From: Adineta vaga
Lineage: Eukaryota; Animalia; Rotifera
Length of the DNA stretch: 64,000 bases
Assembly: GCA_021613535.1 (NCBI GenBank)
Contig: CP075492.1
Location: 13,392,001 to 13,456,000, forward strand
Reading direction: 5' to 3'
Below, piece after piece: positions 1 to 16,039 of this stretch (its first letter is position 1; the number at the start of each line of letters is the position of its first letter). A program made the translations under genes and the position numbers. The notes under the pieces were generated by a model. That model saw only the letters and a list, made by a program, of their open reading frames with translations, was not told the DNA's origin and did no database searches.

Positions 1-126
1 TATGTAAAAATAAAAGACTATTTTCTGTACAATTTTATTTGATATATTAAATATCAACAAAAGAAAACTATTGAATAATCATATTTTAACTGATAAAACA
101 GTAGTACTCATAGGATCTCTGTACTA

Positions 127-1117
127 TTATGTTTGATCACATATTGTACTTAATGGCCGAATTTGTATTGCACGCTGGCAGCATGATATTCGATGTTTAA
201 CAATAGACCGAAATCGACTTGATGTAATTATGAACATATAAAAGTTTCCCTAGAAAAGAAAGATGCAACGTTTGTATATATTATCCTTGAAGATTAAGAC
301 AGTAACATACGACAAAATAGATATTTGTTGCTAATGCAACAATATTCGAAACAAATACTTCTTTCATTTGTCGATCTGCACTTTTAACACTGTCACTTGT
401 AATTGACATATAAGCAGAACTGATACCTGATGGAATGACACTAATCATAATAAGTAGAACTTGTATCAATGTCATTTGTGTTACTTGCCGATCAGCACGT
501 TGTTCAACAAGAACAATTGACTGACTAATATTTCGAAATGTACAATATCCAAATAGAACAACAATTAGAACTGGAATAACACAGAGTAAAATCAAAGTAT
601 ATCCAACAATATAATTACGATAGATAGGATTGGTTATAAGACACATTTTACTTTCCAATTCAATATTGTAATAAACTAGAAAAGGAATTCCATGTAGACA
701 CCAGATAATAATCATACCGAATGTAATTCGATGCGTTCGTTTGATATTACTGTATTGACGAAGAAGAACATTTTTTGATGTAATTAAAAACTGATCTACG
801 GTGGCCATACATGAGCACGTCAATGAAATTAAGGCCAAAACTGAAACGAGAAAGGGACGCATTTTACACCAAACTATCGAAGATGAAGTCAAATCAAGTT
901 CGTAACCAACACTAAGAATTCGAACGGTAAGAATTATTATAATATACAAACAGTTGGTTATTGAACTGAGAAGAAAACAAAATGTCGAAGGATTTTTACG
1001 ATATGTAGCTGTACTCGACAAAATGAAGACATTCATACCATTACCAATAACACCTATAATAAAAAGGAATATACCAATATAGATCGTTAATTGTTGACCA
1101 AGATATGTCAATGTCAT
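127..1117 (-). CDS. Orphan rhodopsin-like (class A) GPCR, bdelloid-expanded family; 2 exons (311-1117, 127-249)
   Basis: Seven hydrophobic segments, GN in TM1, WC before TM3 and ATVDQF at the DRY position. A GT-AG intron at 250-310 joins the terminal exon GNFYMFIITSSRFR, which supplies the end of TM7 and helix 8. Confidence 0.85.
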
Positions 1118-1587
1118 AGTTATTTGTTCTTGTTATTGTAACAGATTGTTTGTAGTTAGTTAAGTAAATATAAAATGCAAATAAAATAAAAATCTAATTA
1201 TCGAGTATTTTCAAGTATTGATCATCTTATAGTCAACAGTACTTATATTTGTTCGTACAATTTCATTCTAGAAATAAATTCTAATCAAGCGATATATACG
1301 AATGTATTTATTTAAAATCTAAAACAATACAATAAGAAACTCAACAATATTACAAATGTTTCTTTTTATGAACAACAGAAAGAAATAAAATTGCTAAGAG
1401 TTGCAGTTATTAAGAGTGAAGTAAAATAGTCAACTAATTTCCATTAAGTAATGACATTTCCATGATTACTAACTAAAGAATGAAATATTAGAATAATCAT
1501 GCGTAACTGTTTTCAAAAAAAAATGTTGAGTAACAAGCAAGTAAAATAACTTATATAAATGTTTTAAGTTTTACAACATATAATTTA

Positions 1588-2539
1588 TCATCTGGGATGA
1601 ATTCGATGCCACACTGATAATCGACTTTTTACCGTTCGACGAAATCGATTTGATGTGATTAAAAACATATAAAAATTTCCCTGAAAGAATAGAAATGAAA
1701 ATTTAAAAAGTAAAAAATAAAACACAACTTACGACATAATAAAAATAAGATATAAGAATAAATATAGTCGAAGCTAACAATTCTTTAACAAGACGATCAA
1801 GATTTTTAACTATTTGATTCGTAAGAATATTATATGCCATATAACTTCCGTATGGAACCATACTAATGATCATCAATAGAATTTGAATCAACATCATTTT
1901 GATTAACTGTCGATCAGCTTGTTGTTCAGCAAGAATTCTTGTCAAATGAATATTTCGATACGTTAAATATCCAAATATACTCATTATTATTATTGGTACA
2001 GTACATTGAAGAACAAGAATATATATTGGCACATAGATAATATAACTATTACTGTTAGATTGACATCGATTGGTTACTGGTGAAATATCATAGGAAACAA
2101 GAACAGGAATTCCATGAAGAAACCAAATTATATTAGCGAGGAGTACAAATTTCTTTGCTCGACGAAGATCACTAAATTGTCTAAGATGTGCATGTTTTGA
2201 AGTCACCAAATATTGATCAATAACAGCTAAACATGAACAAGTCGCTGAAGTTAAACCACAATAACCGACAGAGAATTGTTGAAATCGACACCAGAATACT
2301 GAGTATTGAGCTATATTAATATCAAATATTGCATTAATGAGGCGACTGGTAAGATTAACTAATATATAAGAATTATTATATATTGAACTGATTAGAAAAA
2401 AGAATGTGCATGGTGTCGTACGATAATTCTCAACAGTAGAAAATATGAATATGTTCATTGCATTACCAAATAGACCTGCGAAATAGAGCGTTGATCCTAA
2501 ATAAATAGTTAATTGTTGACTGATATACGTCAATGACAT
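1588..2539 (-). CDS. Orphan class A GPCR, tandem paralog; 2 exons (1733-2539, 1588-1680)
   Basis: Same architecture and same intron position (1681-1732) as its neighbour. Shared motifs: MSLTYISQQLTIY, EQQADRQL, GNFYMFLITSNRFR. Confidence 0.85.
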
Positions 2540-3445
2540 TATTCAAATGAAGCTTTTTTCAAGTTCTTCACGCTCATACTCTTTTTTTAAGATATAATTA
2601 GAACAAAAATAGATTAAGATGAAATCGCTTGGATAAGCAGAAAATATCAATTAATCATAACGAGCAATAAAAAATGTCGCATCACCTTTCATCCGCTTTG
2701 AAATCTAATCTGCAAGAACTTTTCAAATTCACAACTAAAATAAGTCTATTTTATTCATACAAAAAGTAGAAAGTGATAACTGTAAATCTTCGAATTCAGA
2801 TTATATAAAGGTCAAACTTTTAGAACATATTTTTTTAGTTAAAACCAAATCGAAACTATTTTTATAATGAAGAAAAAAACAACAAACAAACAAATATGAG
2901 TACAGATGTCACCAATTGAATATTGTAAAGTAGAAAGTGATACTTTGCCAAATAGAATTCGATCTAATTATGCAAAATCAATTATTTAAATGATAATGAT
3001 CGAAAATATAATTATACTTTTCAATCTTTTGCCCTTTCTCTTCTCGTGTATTGATGAGAAAAAGCAGAATGATGTTTTTTCATACACACTATCATACAAT
3101 ACATATTAATATATGTTCGATAAGGTTGTTTATTAGCATAAACTGTATGATGTTTTTTTCCTCAATTTATTTGAAGTGCTGGTAAGAAAAAATAACTTAC
3201 TTTAATGATTCTAGCAAAAGGATTCACAAAACTCAACAATATATTTCTGTCGTTGTCAGATAGAATAATGTTTTTATAGAATTTAAATATCAGTTCATAC
3301 TCGATAGAGATGATAAATAATTTACAAATAATCGATTTACTACTCGTGCAATAGATATTCTTCTGATTCTATGTATTTTTCATAGAGTATATACTTCTTC
3401 AGATTAACATCTGATCATTGAATACTACAAGAGCCAGAACAAAAG

Positions 3446-6163
3446 ATGATTCAATTTAGTCGAAACATTCGTTTCTCATGTTTGTGTTTACTACTTCGAT
3501 TATTTACTTTATCGTATGTCAAAACAGATTGGCCTTCGACGAATTCATCCAACGTGAAACTGTTAGGTCTCTTTTATGATATATCAAACGTAACGGAAAC
3601 CACGACATGGTCTCTTCATGCTCGTGCGATGTTCAAGTCGGCAATCATTCTTTCTCATCGTTATAACATCACTATACAACAACATCTTATTGGATGGCAA
3701 TCAGCCCAAACTGCAGGTGATCCTATGACTGCTCTCGGAACAACATGTCAACTGATGACCAACTCCAACATTCTCGGTATCGTCGGACCTCCATTATCGA
3801 GAGAATCTGTCATTCTTGCACCGTTCGCCGCACGAGTTGGTATTCCTCATATTTCCTATGCAGCCACAGATCCGGCATTGTCTGATAGAAGTACTTATTC
3901 TACTTTCTATCGCACAGTTCCATCAGACAACACAGCTGCACTAGCCATTGCTCAGCTTTTCATTCGTTTCAACTGGACATCCACTATCATCATCTATCAG
4001 AATGATGCATATGGATCTGGTGGAGCAACAGCCATCATTGACACATTCGATCGAATGAATCTCAGTGTTGCACAATCAATCGTCTTTGACATCGTATCCA
4101 TGTCGATCCGAGGAAATCTCAAAACTCTTCTCACCTCTAGTCAAACACGCATTGTCATCTTATGGACGGAATCAAACTACGCTCGTTTGACATTAGAAGA
4201 AGCTATTCGATCCGATGTTCTTGCTCCACATTTCACCTGGATACTGAGTACAAATATTCCACTTGACAGTTTCAACAGTACTACTGACTATGAAAAGCTA
4301 AGCGGTATGCTCACAGTCGAACCAGTCGTTGGAAGTGTTGTTGGTGCATCGATTAATACTACATTGTTGACTGCAGCATTCGACATCTGGAAAGAATATG
4401 AACCAGCATCATTTCCTGGATCAGACAATGTTATGAACTATGCATTGTTCGCATTCGATGCCACTTGGATGTTGATTCAAGGTCTCGTTGAACTATGTTC
4501 ACAAACAACATCCAACATTTCATCGACATCATCATGTGTATCCTTTACAGGTGATTCATTTTGTTTCAATCGACGATTTGTACATTCAGATGAGTTCATT
4601 AATATTCTTGATCGTCGTTTGTTTCGTGGTGTAACAGGACCTGTTGAGTTCAATAGTAATACAACAGATCGAGTGGATGGAAACTATTACATTGCAAAAA
4701 ATGTACAACAATGTTCAAAAGATTTAGAGTATGTTCCAGTGTTGGTATGGTCGAATTCAGGTGATTGGACAAGGAATGCACGAACGAGTGTGATTGTATG
4801 GCCAGGCACTTCATTGAAAGTTCCTACTGGTTATATAGCAATATCTCGAGTGACTCTACAGATTGCAGTAATCGAAGCATTTCCATTCACTATAAAAAGA
4901 GAGTTTAGAAATCAATCAGGTGCAGTATTTACTAAGTTAACTGGTTATATACCTGATTTCATTGAACAATTGCAAGATTATATGCATTTTAGTGTAAATA
5001 TTACTTATTTTTCACCAGATCAGTCATATAATGAACTTGTCGATGCAGTAGCTAATGGTACTTTCGATATGTTCATTGGTGATGTCACAGTAACTTCTGC
5101 ACGAAGAGAAAAAGTCGCATTTTCAAGTACTATCTTTGATAATTCACTACGTATCATTGTACGAGAATCAGTCGATGATCAATTGAATCTTTGGTCATTT
5201 CTCAAACCATTTTCCAGTAAACTTTGGATCACTTCTTTTGCAGCAATAGTATATGCTGGATTAATAATTTCCATCATAGAAAGAGATGAAAATGAAGCTC
5301 TTCAAGATCGATCATTCATATCATTGATTGCAATGAGTATGTGGTTTTCATTTGGTACAATCACAGGATATGGTATTGATTTTCATGTTACAACAGCTGC
5401 GGGTCGTATTCTAACCATTGGGTTATATGCTTTAAGTCTAGTATTAGTTGCAACATACACTGCACATTTAACATCTGATCTGACAGTAATGAAAGCAACA
5501 AGTAGCATATCTGGAATTGATGATATTAAAAACGGAAAAGTCTCATTCGATCGTATTGGTATTCTTATTAATACCTCTGTCGAAGACTATTATTTGAGAG
5601 AGATCTCTGGTGGAAATCGGAATTTCTATCCATTAAAATCAATTGATGAACTGTTTGATGCTTTAGTAAACAACATAATCGATGTATCAATGATGGATGC
5701 TGGTATTCTAGAATATGCTACTAGTAGTACTTATTGTAATTTGACTTTAGTTGGTACAGATTTCGATCGAAATGCATTTGGAATTGTTTTTCAGAAAAAC
5801 TGGTTTTTCGAAGACGATCTTGATGTGGCTATATTATCAATAAAAGAATCAGGCATAGCGGATGATTTAAAAGTAAAATGGTTTCAATCAAGTGCTTGTA
5901 CACATTCGGATGAAACTTCTGTTGCAATGTCGATCGAGTCAATGGCTGGTTTATTTTTAACATTTACAGTAATTTGTATTTTAGGACTATTATGGTTTAC
6001 GTGGAAAAAACGATTGAGCATCAGAGATCATTTATTATTGTGGATGCAGAAGAAAAAATCATCAACTGAACGAAATGCCCCTTCGACAAAGCATTCAAAT
6101 GAATTTTTACCTAACGATGGGTCAGGTCATAAATCATCAGTGTATTCAGTTACGTATTTATAA
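3446..6163 (+). CDS. Ionotropic glutamate receptor, AvGluR1-like (LIVBP-type N-terminal domain, S1/S2 ligand-binding domain, K+-channel-like pore); intronless, 905 aa
   Basis: Signal peptide and ANF/LIVBP domain (ISYAATDPALSD, FYRTVPSD). S1 GDVTVTSARREKVAFS, pre-M1 FLKPFS, pore TITGYG, M3 ATYTAHLTSDL, S2 ending KWF..C, M4 SIESMAGLF. Confidence 0.92.
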   Translation: MIQFSRNIRFSCLCLLLRLFTLSYVKTDWPSTNSSNVKLLGLFYDISNVTETTTWSLHARAMFKSAIILSHRYNITIQQHLIGWQSAQTAGDPMTALGTTCQLMTNSNILGIVGPPLSRESVILAPFAARVGIPHISYAATDPALSDRSTYSTFYRTVPSDNTAALAIAQLFIRFNWTSTIIIYQNDAYGSGGATAIIDTFDRMNLSVAQSIVFDIVSMSIRGNLKTLLTSSQTRIVILWTESNYARLTLEEAIRSDVLAPHFTWILSTNIPLDSFNSTTDYEKLSGMLTVEPVVGSVVGASINTTLLTAAFDIWKEYEPASFPGSDNVMNYALFAFDATWMLIQGLVELCSQTTSNISSTSSCVSFTGDSFCFNRRFVHSDEFINILDRRLFRGVTGPVEFNSNTTDRVDGNYYIAKNVQQCSKDLEYVPVLVWSNSGDWTRNARTSVIVWPGTSLKVPTGYIAISRVTLQIAVIEAFPFTIKREFRNQSGAVFTKLTGYIPDFIEQLQDYMHFSVNITYFSPDQSYNELVDAVANGTFDMFIGDVTVTSARREKVAFSSTIFDNSLRIIVRESVDDQLNLWSFLKPFSSKLWITSFAAIVYAGLIISIIERDENEALQDRSFISLIAMSMWFSFGTITGYGIDFHVTTAAGRILTIGLYALSLVLVATYTAHLTSDLTVMKATSSISGIDDIKNGKVSFDRIGILINTSVEDYYLREISGGNRNFYPLKSIDELFDALVNNIIDVSMMDAGILEYATSSTYCNLTLVGTDFDRNAFGIVFQKNWFFEDDLDVAILSIKESGIADDLKVKWFQSSACTHSDETSVAMSIESMAGLFLTFTVICILGLLWFTWKKRLSIRDHLLLWMQKKKSSTERNAPSTKHSNEFLPNDGSGHKSSVYSVTYL

Positions 6164-6411
6164 ACAAAAGACTTTAATATTTACATTGCATTTCATATAT
6201 ATATATATATACAGAATAAATTTGTCTATGATATAAAGATTTGTCGAGATGAATTGTTTATCATGTATCATCTTTGCTTTGTTTTGCGTTAGATGATGAT
6301 TGTCATTCATAATATACGATCTTTTTCAAGTATGATCAAGTTCAGACATTAATTTATTAAGTTATCCGTAAAAATAACAAAGCAAAAAAAAAGAAAACGA
6401 AACGTAACAAT

Positions 6412-10397
<3,986 letters not shown>

Positions 10398-10695
10398 CGA
10401 ACAGCATTAACAAACAAATGATAACAATCTAGAACAATTCTGTCTTTCATTCATAGATGAGGTGATCAAGAAGAAGAAGAAGAAGCATTTATTTGAGAGA
10501 TAAATGTTTACTTTATTCGTTCTTTTTTTTTTACTTAAGGATTAAATAAGGATAAAGACAAGACAAGAACAACAAAAAAAAATACATTTATGTATAATAA
10601 AGAAATAGGTTGAAATATATCGAGAATTCTTAAAAATAAAAGTGAGACAATCAGTTAACGAGACGAACAATATTCAGAAGGATCTATTGTAAGAA

Positions 10696-13600
10696 TTAAG
10701 CATCGACGGGTGCTTCATCTAAGAGAAGACGAAAGGAGAATGGAACGAATGGATAGCCTTCGCCTTTATAAAATTTCGATTGAAATTCAACCCTAGAATA
10801 AAACGAAATAATTTTCAATGACAAAAGAAAAACAATTTCAAATACAAACCAATGAAGACGTAATGCATGTAGAAAAGCTGAAAGTCCTTCCATAAGAAGT
10901 AGAATAAATACTGTTAATGATGACCATGGCATAAAAACTATAAACGATGCAATTGCACCACCGTATCCATCCATAGATAACCCAATATGTAAAACCATGT
11001 TCCACAAGACTTCCGATAATTCTATAACGAACAGATAAAAAAAGAAAATGAATTATAGCGAGAACAAATGAAGTTAATCTACGAACGGGCATGAGCTAAT
11101 GATAAAGCCCAAAGTCGTAAATATGATGCTGTATGAGATATACAACCAAGAAAATATTCGATGGTATGAATTCCTTGTTCAACCCAAACTTCACTCATTT
11201 CAACCTAGAATTGATTGTTAAGAAATAGAAAGAAAGAGAAATAGATGATTAATTAGCAATAAAAAGCAAGTATTTGTGTAAAGCACCTCAGCTTGGTGAT
11301 GTTGTTGGTGTAAATGTTCATCGTCAAGCATTTCCTCCGTATCTGTATCCCGTACATCAACATCAAGCGCAACACCTCTCTATAAAAAAAAGTAAGCAGC
11401 ATTAAATTAATCTGAGCAAAATTAATCATGATTTAAATTAGATGAGTTTTTCATTAAAAAAAAGAGTTTGGCATTGTTTTTTAACCTTTTGTGGTGGTTC
11501 GTGAAATTCCGATTGTTGTTGTTGATCATGTTGTTCTTCTGTCTCACTCTCACTACTTGCATTTGCATGTGTTACTGATGAATACTGTAGTTTCATCATT
11601 AATATACATTGTATTCAAATGAAGAAATTTTAGTGAATACTTACATTTGCTCGTCTTTTATTCATCATAATTCGATAAATAGGTTTGCCTAAAAGTAACC
11701 ATGGAATGCAAGCCACTGCTATAAGAATAAGGATTGTTTGGAGTGCTTTTTGGCCAGTATAGAATTGTCTAGAACTTTCAGGTTCATTCGGATAGGTCAT
11801 TAAGATCATATTAATCAAATCTTCGAAAAGAAAACAAATTCAAATATTGTTTTTTTTTTGTAACGAAGAAAGAAAAAATGTTTCTTACGTATCAGTAGTG
11901 AGGGTGCACCAGTTGCAGTTTCTCCAGCATAATGGGTCCATTTATAGAAGATTAATATGATTAAATAGAAGAAAATACATGCAAGAAAAATGATTTGTGG
12001 AAGAAATTCGAGATAAATTGCATGACGATGATTAAAATGTCTGAAAACATAAGAAAAAAAGAGAAAGAGAGAAAAGAAGATTTTTGATGATATTAAAACA
12101 AGTATTCTATATCTTACAAATGATTCCATAAACTAAGAAATACACCAAAACCCATTTGAAGAATTCCGATAATAATTGCAAATTTCATTTTAATTGAATT
12201 TGTAAATGTTATTTTATTTTCTGCTAATTGCCAAACTGGATCCAAACCTATTGGATATGGTGTACCCGAATACATCTGTTGATAAGTACGTGTACCATTA
12301 TATAGATATGGCGTTGGTTCGAGTGTTACTGCATCACCTTTATTCAATGTTTTATCACTGAAAACAAAACGAAAAATATTGTTTTTGTTGAAAGAAAATT
12401 AAAACAAATTTTTTATACTCGAATCGAACTCTCCACGACGAACCAAAAATATTCATGGATCTTGAAAAAATATCATTATAAACCAGACCTGTATATATCG
12501 AGAATAAACCCATTAATAAGATAATATATCTTCCACCAAAAAAGATCGTCCAAACTTCTTGATTTTTCCATTTATCTTTCAATGAACGTTCTTTTAGAAC
12601 CATCCAAAGTGCAAAGACAGAAACGAGAATACCATGACCAGCATCACCAAACATCACCGCAAATAGAAATGGAAATGTGATTACAACAAATGGCATTGGA
12701 TTGATTTCTCGATATGTTGCAACACCATAGGCATCAACGATATTTTGAAAACCTTGAGTAAATCGATTTAATTTATGATGAGTTGGTGGTTGTTCACGAG
12801 TTACCATACGATTTAATACTGACGAAACAGTTCCACCACCACTAGCTTCCTATATTTAAATAAATATAATTGAATAAATGCAAATGATTTAATATATAAA
12901 AATCACATACGGATCCTTTTCGAAGTGCTAATTGAATTCGATCAAGTTCGCTAACTGGTGCCCAACATTCTGCAATTAAACATTTTCTTGCCACATCATT
13001 ATTAAACATATTCATTGTATGATAAATAGCTTTAATTTTTTTCACTTTAATTTGCCATGTTCGAAGATTTCGTGATGTAGCAGCGAGAACTCGTTGACGA
13101 TGATCTTGAGTTTGACTGAGAACAACTGTCAGATCTTCTAAACGTGTCATGACACCCATAGCTAATTCTCGACGTTCATGTGGATTTTCCGGACAAGGAT
13201 AGATATTTGCACGAAAACTAAATATATCAACGCATTTTGTTTTTGTATTATTATGAATTCAATCGAATAAAAAGAAGAACTAAAAACGTACCCTTCACAA
13301 ATCTTTTGTACACGATTTTTAAGTTGTTCACCTTGAAAGAATATGACAAAGACTGTTTTATGGATTTTTTCACCCTAAAGGAACAAAATGCACATTTCAT
13401 TATACGTATAAATAAAATTACTTACTGTCAAAGGATCTTCGATGAGTTCAGGAATTTCAGCTTGACGAAGAAATACATTTCCTCGACAAACTCGCCATAA
13501 CATTCGTTCAAATGCTACCATACGTTCACGTGGAACAACACCGGTTATGAATCTATTTTCAAAGAAAAGGAAAAAAACCAAACATTTATATATGTGAAAA

Positions 13601-14690
13601 ACAAAAAGAAAACAGGGGAGACACATGACGCTAGGCAAAAACTAAACATATGACACAACTATTTAGTTTACCCAAGTTTCATTCCACTAGTTGTTGTAGT
13701 TGTTTGTCCACCTAATTCAATATCTCGATCGCCATTTATGTCTTCCATGACACCACCTGGTCGAGAGATAGCCTTTAGAAAAGAAACAAAAAAGAAAACT
13801 AACATGCAGACTAGAAGAAGAAGAAGAAGAACAATGAGAAACTAATAATCGAGCATATGTTATAATCAAATATAAGCGAGCCGAGCAGCAAGTCAGTGTG
13901 TCCCCTCGGTTTTCAAACAAGAATCATATCTCTACCCTAATTTATTATGACTGATCATCGAATATTCATACAGTAGTTGTGCTTGATCGTCGTCCGAATC
14001 CCCCTGGTTACGATTGCGTGCTGATGTAAACACCATCTCTGCCTAATGTCTCCCGTGATTTTAAAAAGCAAAGCTTTCAGTTATTTAGAAAAACTTACAT
14101 CATCAAAAAAGCCTTGTGTCATTGTTAAATTATGTTTTAGTTCAGTTAATTCATTAAAATTTCGAAGAAGTGCATCGGCATTCGTATTAATTTCTTTTAA
14201 TTCATGATCCAATTTTTCAAATGTTGCCTAAATAAACAAAATTCTTTTCCTAATCAATTCTTCGAAGATTAAAAACAAAAATTTTACTTCTAAATCAATC
14301 ATTTCTCGAGGTTTTGGTGCATCTGGATTATCTTCTGGGTCATAAATTGGTAATTCATCTTTCTTTATTTCCGTTTCAAGAAATCCTATAAAAACATTCA
14401 CATGAACTTTCCTTTCAAATCATATTGTTAAACATACGAAGTTTGCGTTCCATTTCTTCACATCGTCGAACTTCATTGACATATTTACGTTGAAAAGCAT
14501 TGACATTCGGATTCAGCTAATTAAACAAAAATTAGATGAAAATGAAACTTTAAAAAGACAACAATTATCATACATCACGAAATTGAACAATTCCTAATTC
14601 TCCCAATTCAGATATACAAGAATAAGCTGCATCTGGTTGCAAGAAGAGCTGACATAAAGTCATTTCTTCACTGCGAAAGATCGTACTCAT
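10696..14690 (-). CDS. ATP6V0A: V-type H+-ATPase V0 subunit a (116 kDa), multi-exon with alternative exons
   Basis: Diagnostic motifs: [89 protein letters not shown]. Confidence 0.96.
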
Positions 14691-15598
14691 CACTCGGCTG
14701 TTCAAATAAAAAAGAATATAAATATATCTAGAAAAAAAAGAACAAAATACGTATTCATTGCAATAACTATTACGTATAGTAATTATATCTTTCTTCACAC
14801 TTTTATTAATGTATAGAGAAATTTTTCCTTCAATATAAAGATAAAATTTTCGATTGAGTTTAATAGTCATCAGATGATGTCTTCATTGTAAGATGTTAGT
14901 TTGGTTTTTATTTGCAAATAAAGAATCCATCTTCAAAGAATGTGATTGTCCTCCTCATAATCACTCATCATCAAAAATGACGACAACAACAGTTTTTCAT
15001 CATTTCAATACTTACCAATGAGAATTATACCATCTATAGAGGGCGCTAGTTTTCATATCTGTTAGTTTCAACATAAAATCTTTCGCTAAACCAAGATGTA
15101 CGCACATTCGATTCGCACTGGGATTTTAGGAGATTTCTTCTGTAGAATTTATCATCGCATATCTTTCATTCGTGAGAAAGAATTCTAATTAACGAAAATT
15201 TTCAAACATCACTAAAGAGGTTACTTTGAATTCATTTCATTGGAATTGTGCTTCATCATACAGTCAAACGACGACAACGACGACGACGATGTTTATTATT
15301 CGAATTCTAATAAATCAATTGAGGCCTTCAGCTTCTTCATTATGATATATTCACCTATTGCCTCGAAGTAATGAAATACAACTCGAAATTATTTTGATTT
15401 TATCAGTCAATAATGACAGAATACAATGCATCAATCTATATAAATATAGTTGATATTTAAGAATTTTCATAAGAAGAATGAACGTTGCGTTGTCCATGTA
15501 GAAATTCATTTTATCAATTTCTCTGACACACGTCGGAAGTACGACATTCCCGTTTTTTGTTTTAGAAAACTTAACGTATTGAAACATACACCAATAAA

Positions 15599-16000
15599 AT
15601 GTTTACACTCAAACAGATAGAAGAAGCTCATAGTAACGTAAAAACAGGCCATGATTATCCTCGTTATGTACAAAATTTAAAGAAACTTGGAATGACACGT
15701 TATGAACACTTCTTAAAAAGTGGAATTACAGTTTACTATGGAACAAATGATTATAAAATTGGTTCATCTCCAACTCATGAACCGATAGATATATCTCCAA
15801 ATGCATCACCAACAGGATTAAAGGAAATAATAAGTAAACACCAGCAAGGTCAAACCGATTTTCCAACATTCAGTCTTCAAGCTGCTGAAAATGGTACGGA
15901 TAGATGGATTGTTAATTTAGAAGCTATGGTTTGTACTTATTATGATCAACAAGGAAATGAAATGTATGCCGAACCTATACCTGAAGTAACTGACAATTAA
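15599..16000 (+). CDS. DUF1398/YbcV-like bacterial-type protein, intronless (HGT candidate)
   Basis: MFTLKQIEEAHSNVKTGHDYPRYVQNLKKLG ... HQQGQTDFPTF...AAENG...W.V.L..M.CTYYD..G matches my recollection of the DUF1398 consensus over its whole length. Confidence 0.8.
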   Translation: MFTLKQIEEAHSNVKTGHDYPRYVQNLKKLGMTRYEHFLKSGITVYYGTNDYKIGSSPTHEPIDISPNASPTGLKEIISKHQQGQTDFPTFSLQAAENGTDRWIVNLEAMVCTYYDQQGNEMYAEPIPEVTDN

Positions 16001-16039
16001 TTAATTAATCATGAAAATAAGCATTGAAAAACAACCTTA

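Noticed and set aside
13804-13810. Possible 7-nt micro-exon (TCTGCAT) that could join a shortened exon A to exon B of the V-ATPase
   Set aside because: It needs a 31-nt intron, well below the ~50-60 nt seen elsewhere. The mutually exclusive model explains the shared KLG phase-2 ends better. Not fully excluded without RNA data.
15599-16000. Bacterial contamination or misassembly
   Set aside because: Single gene with host-like composition, no operon context, flanked by intron-containing animal genes. Long-read confirmation is still desirable.
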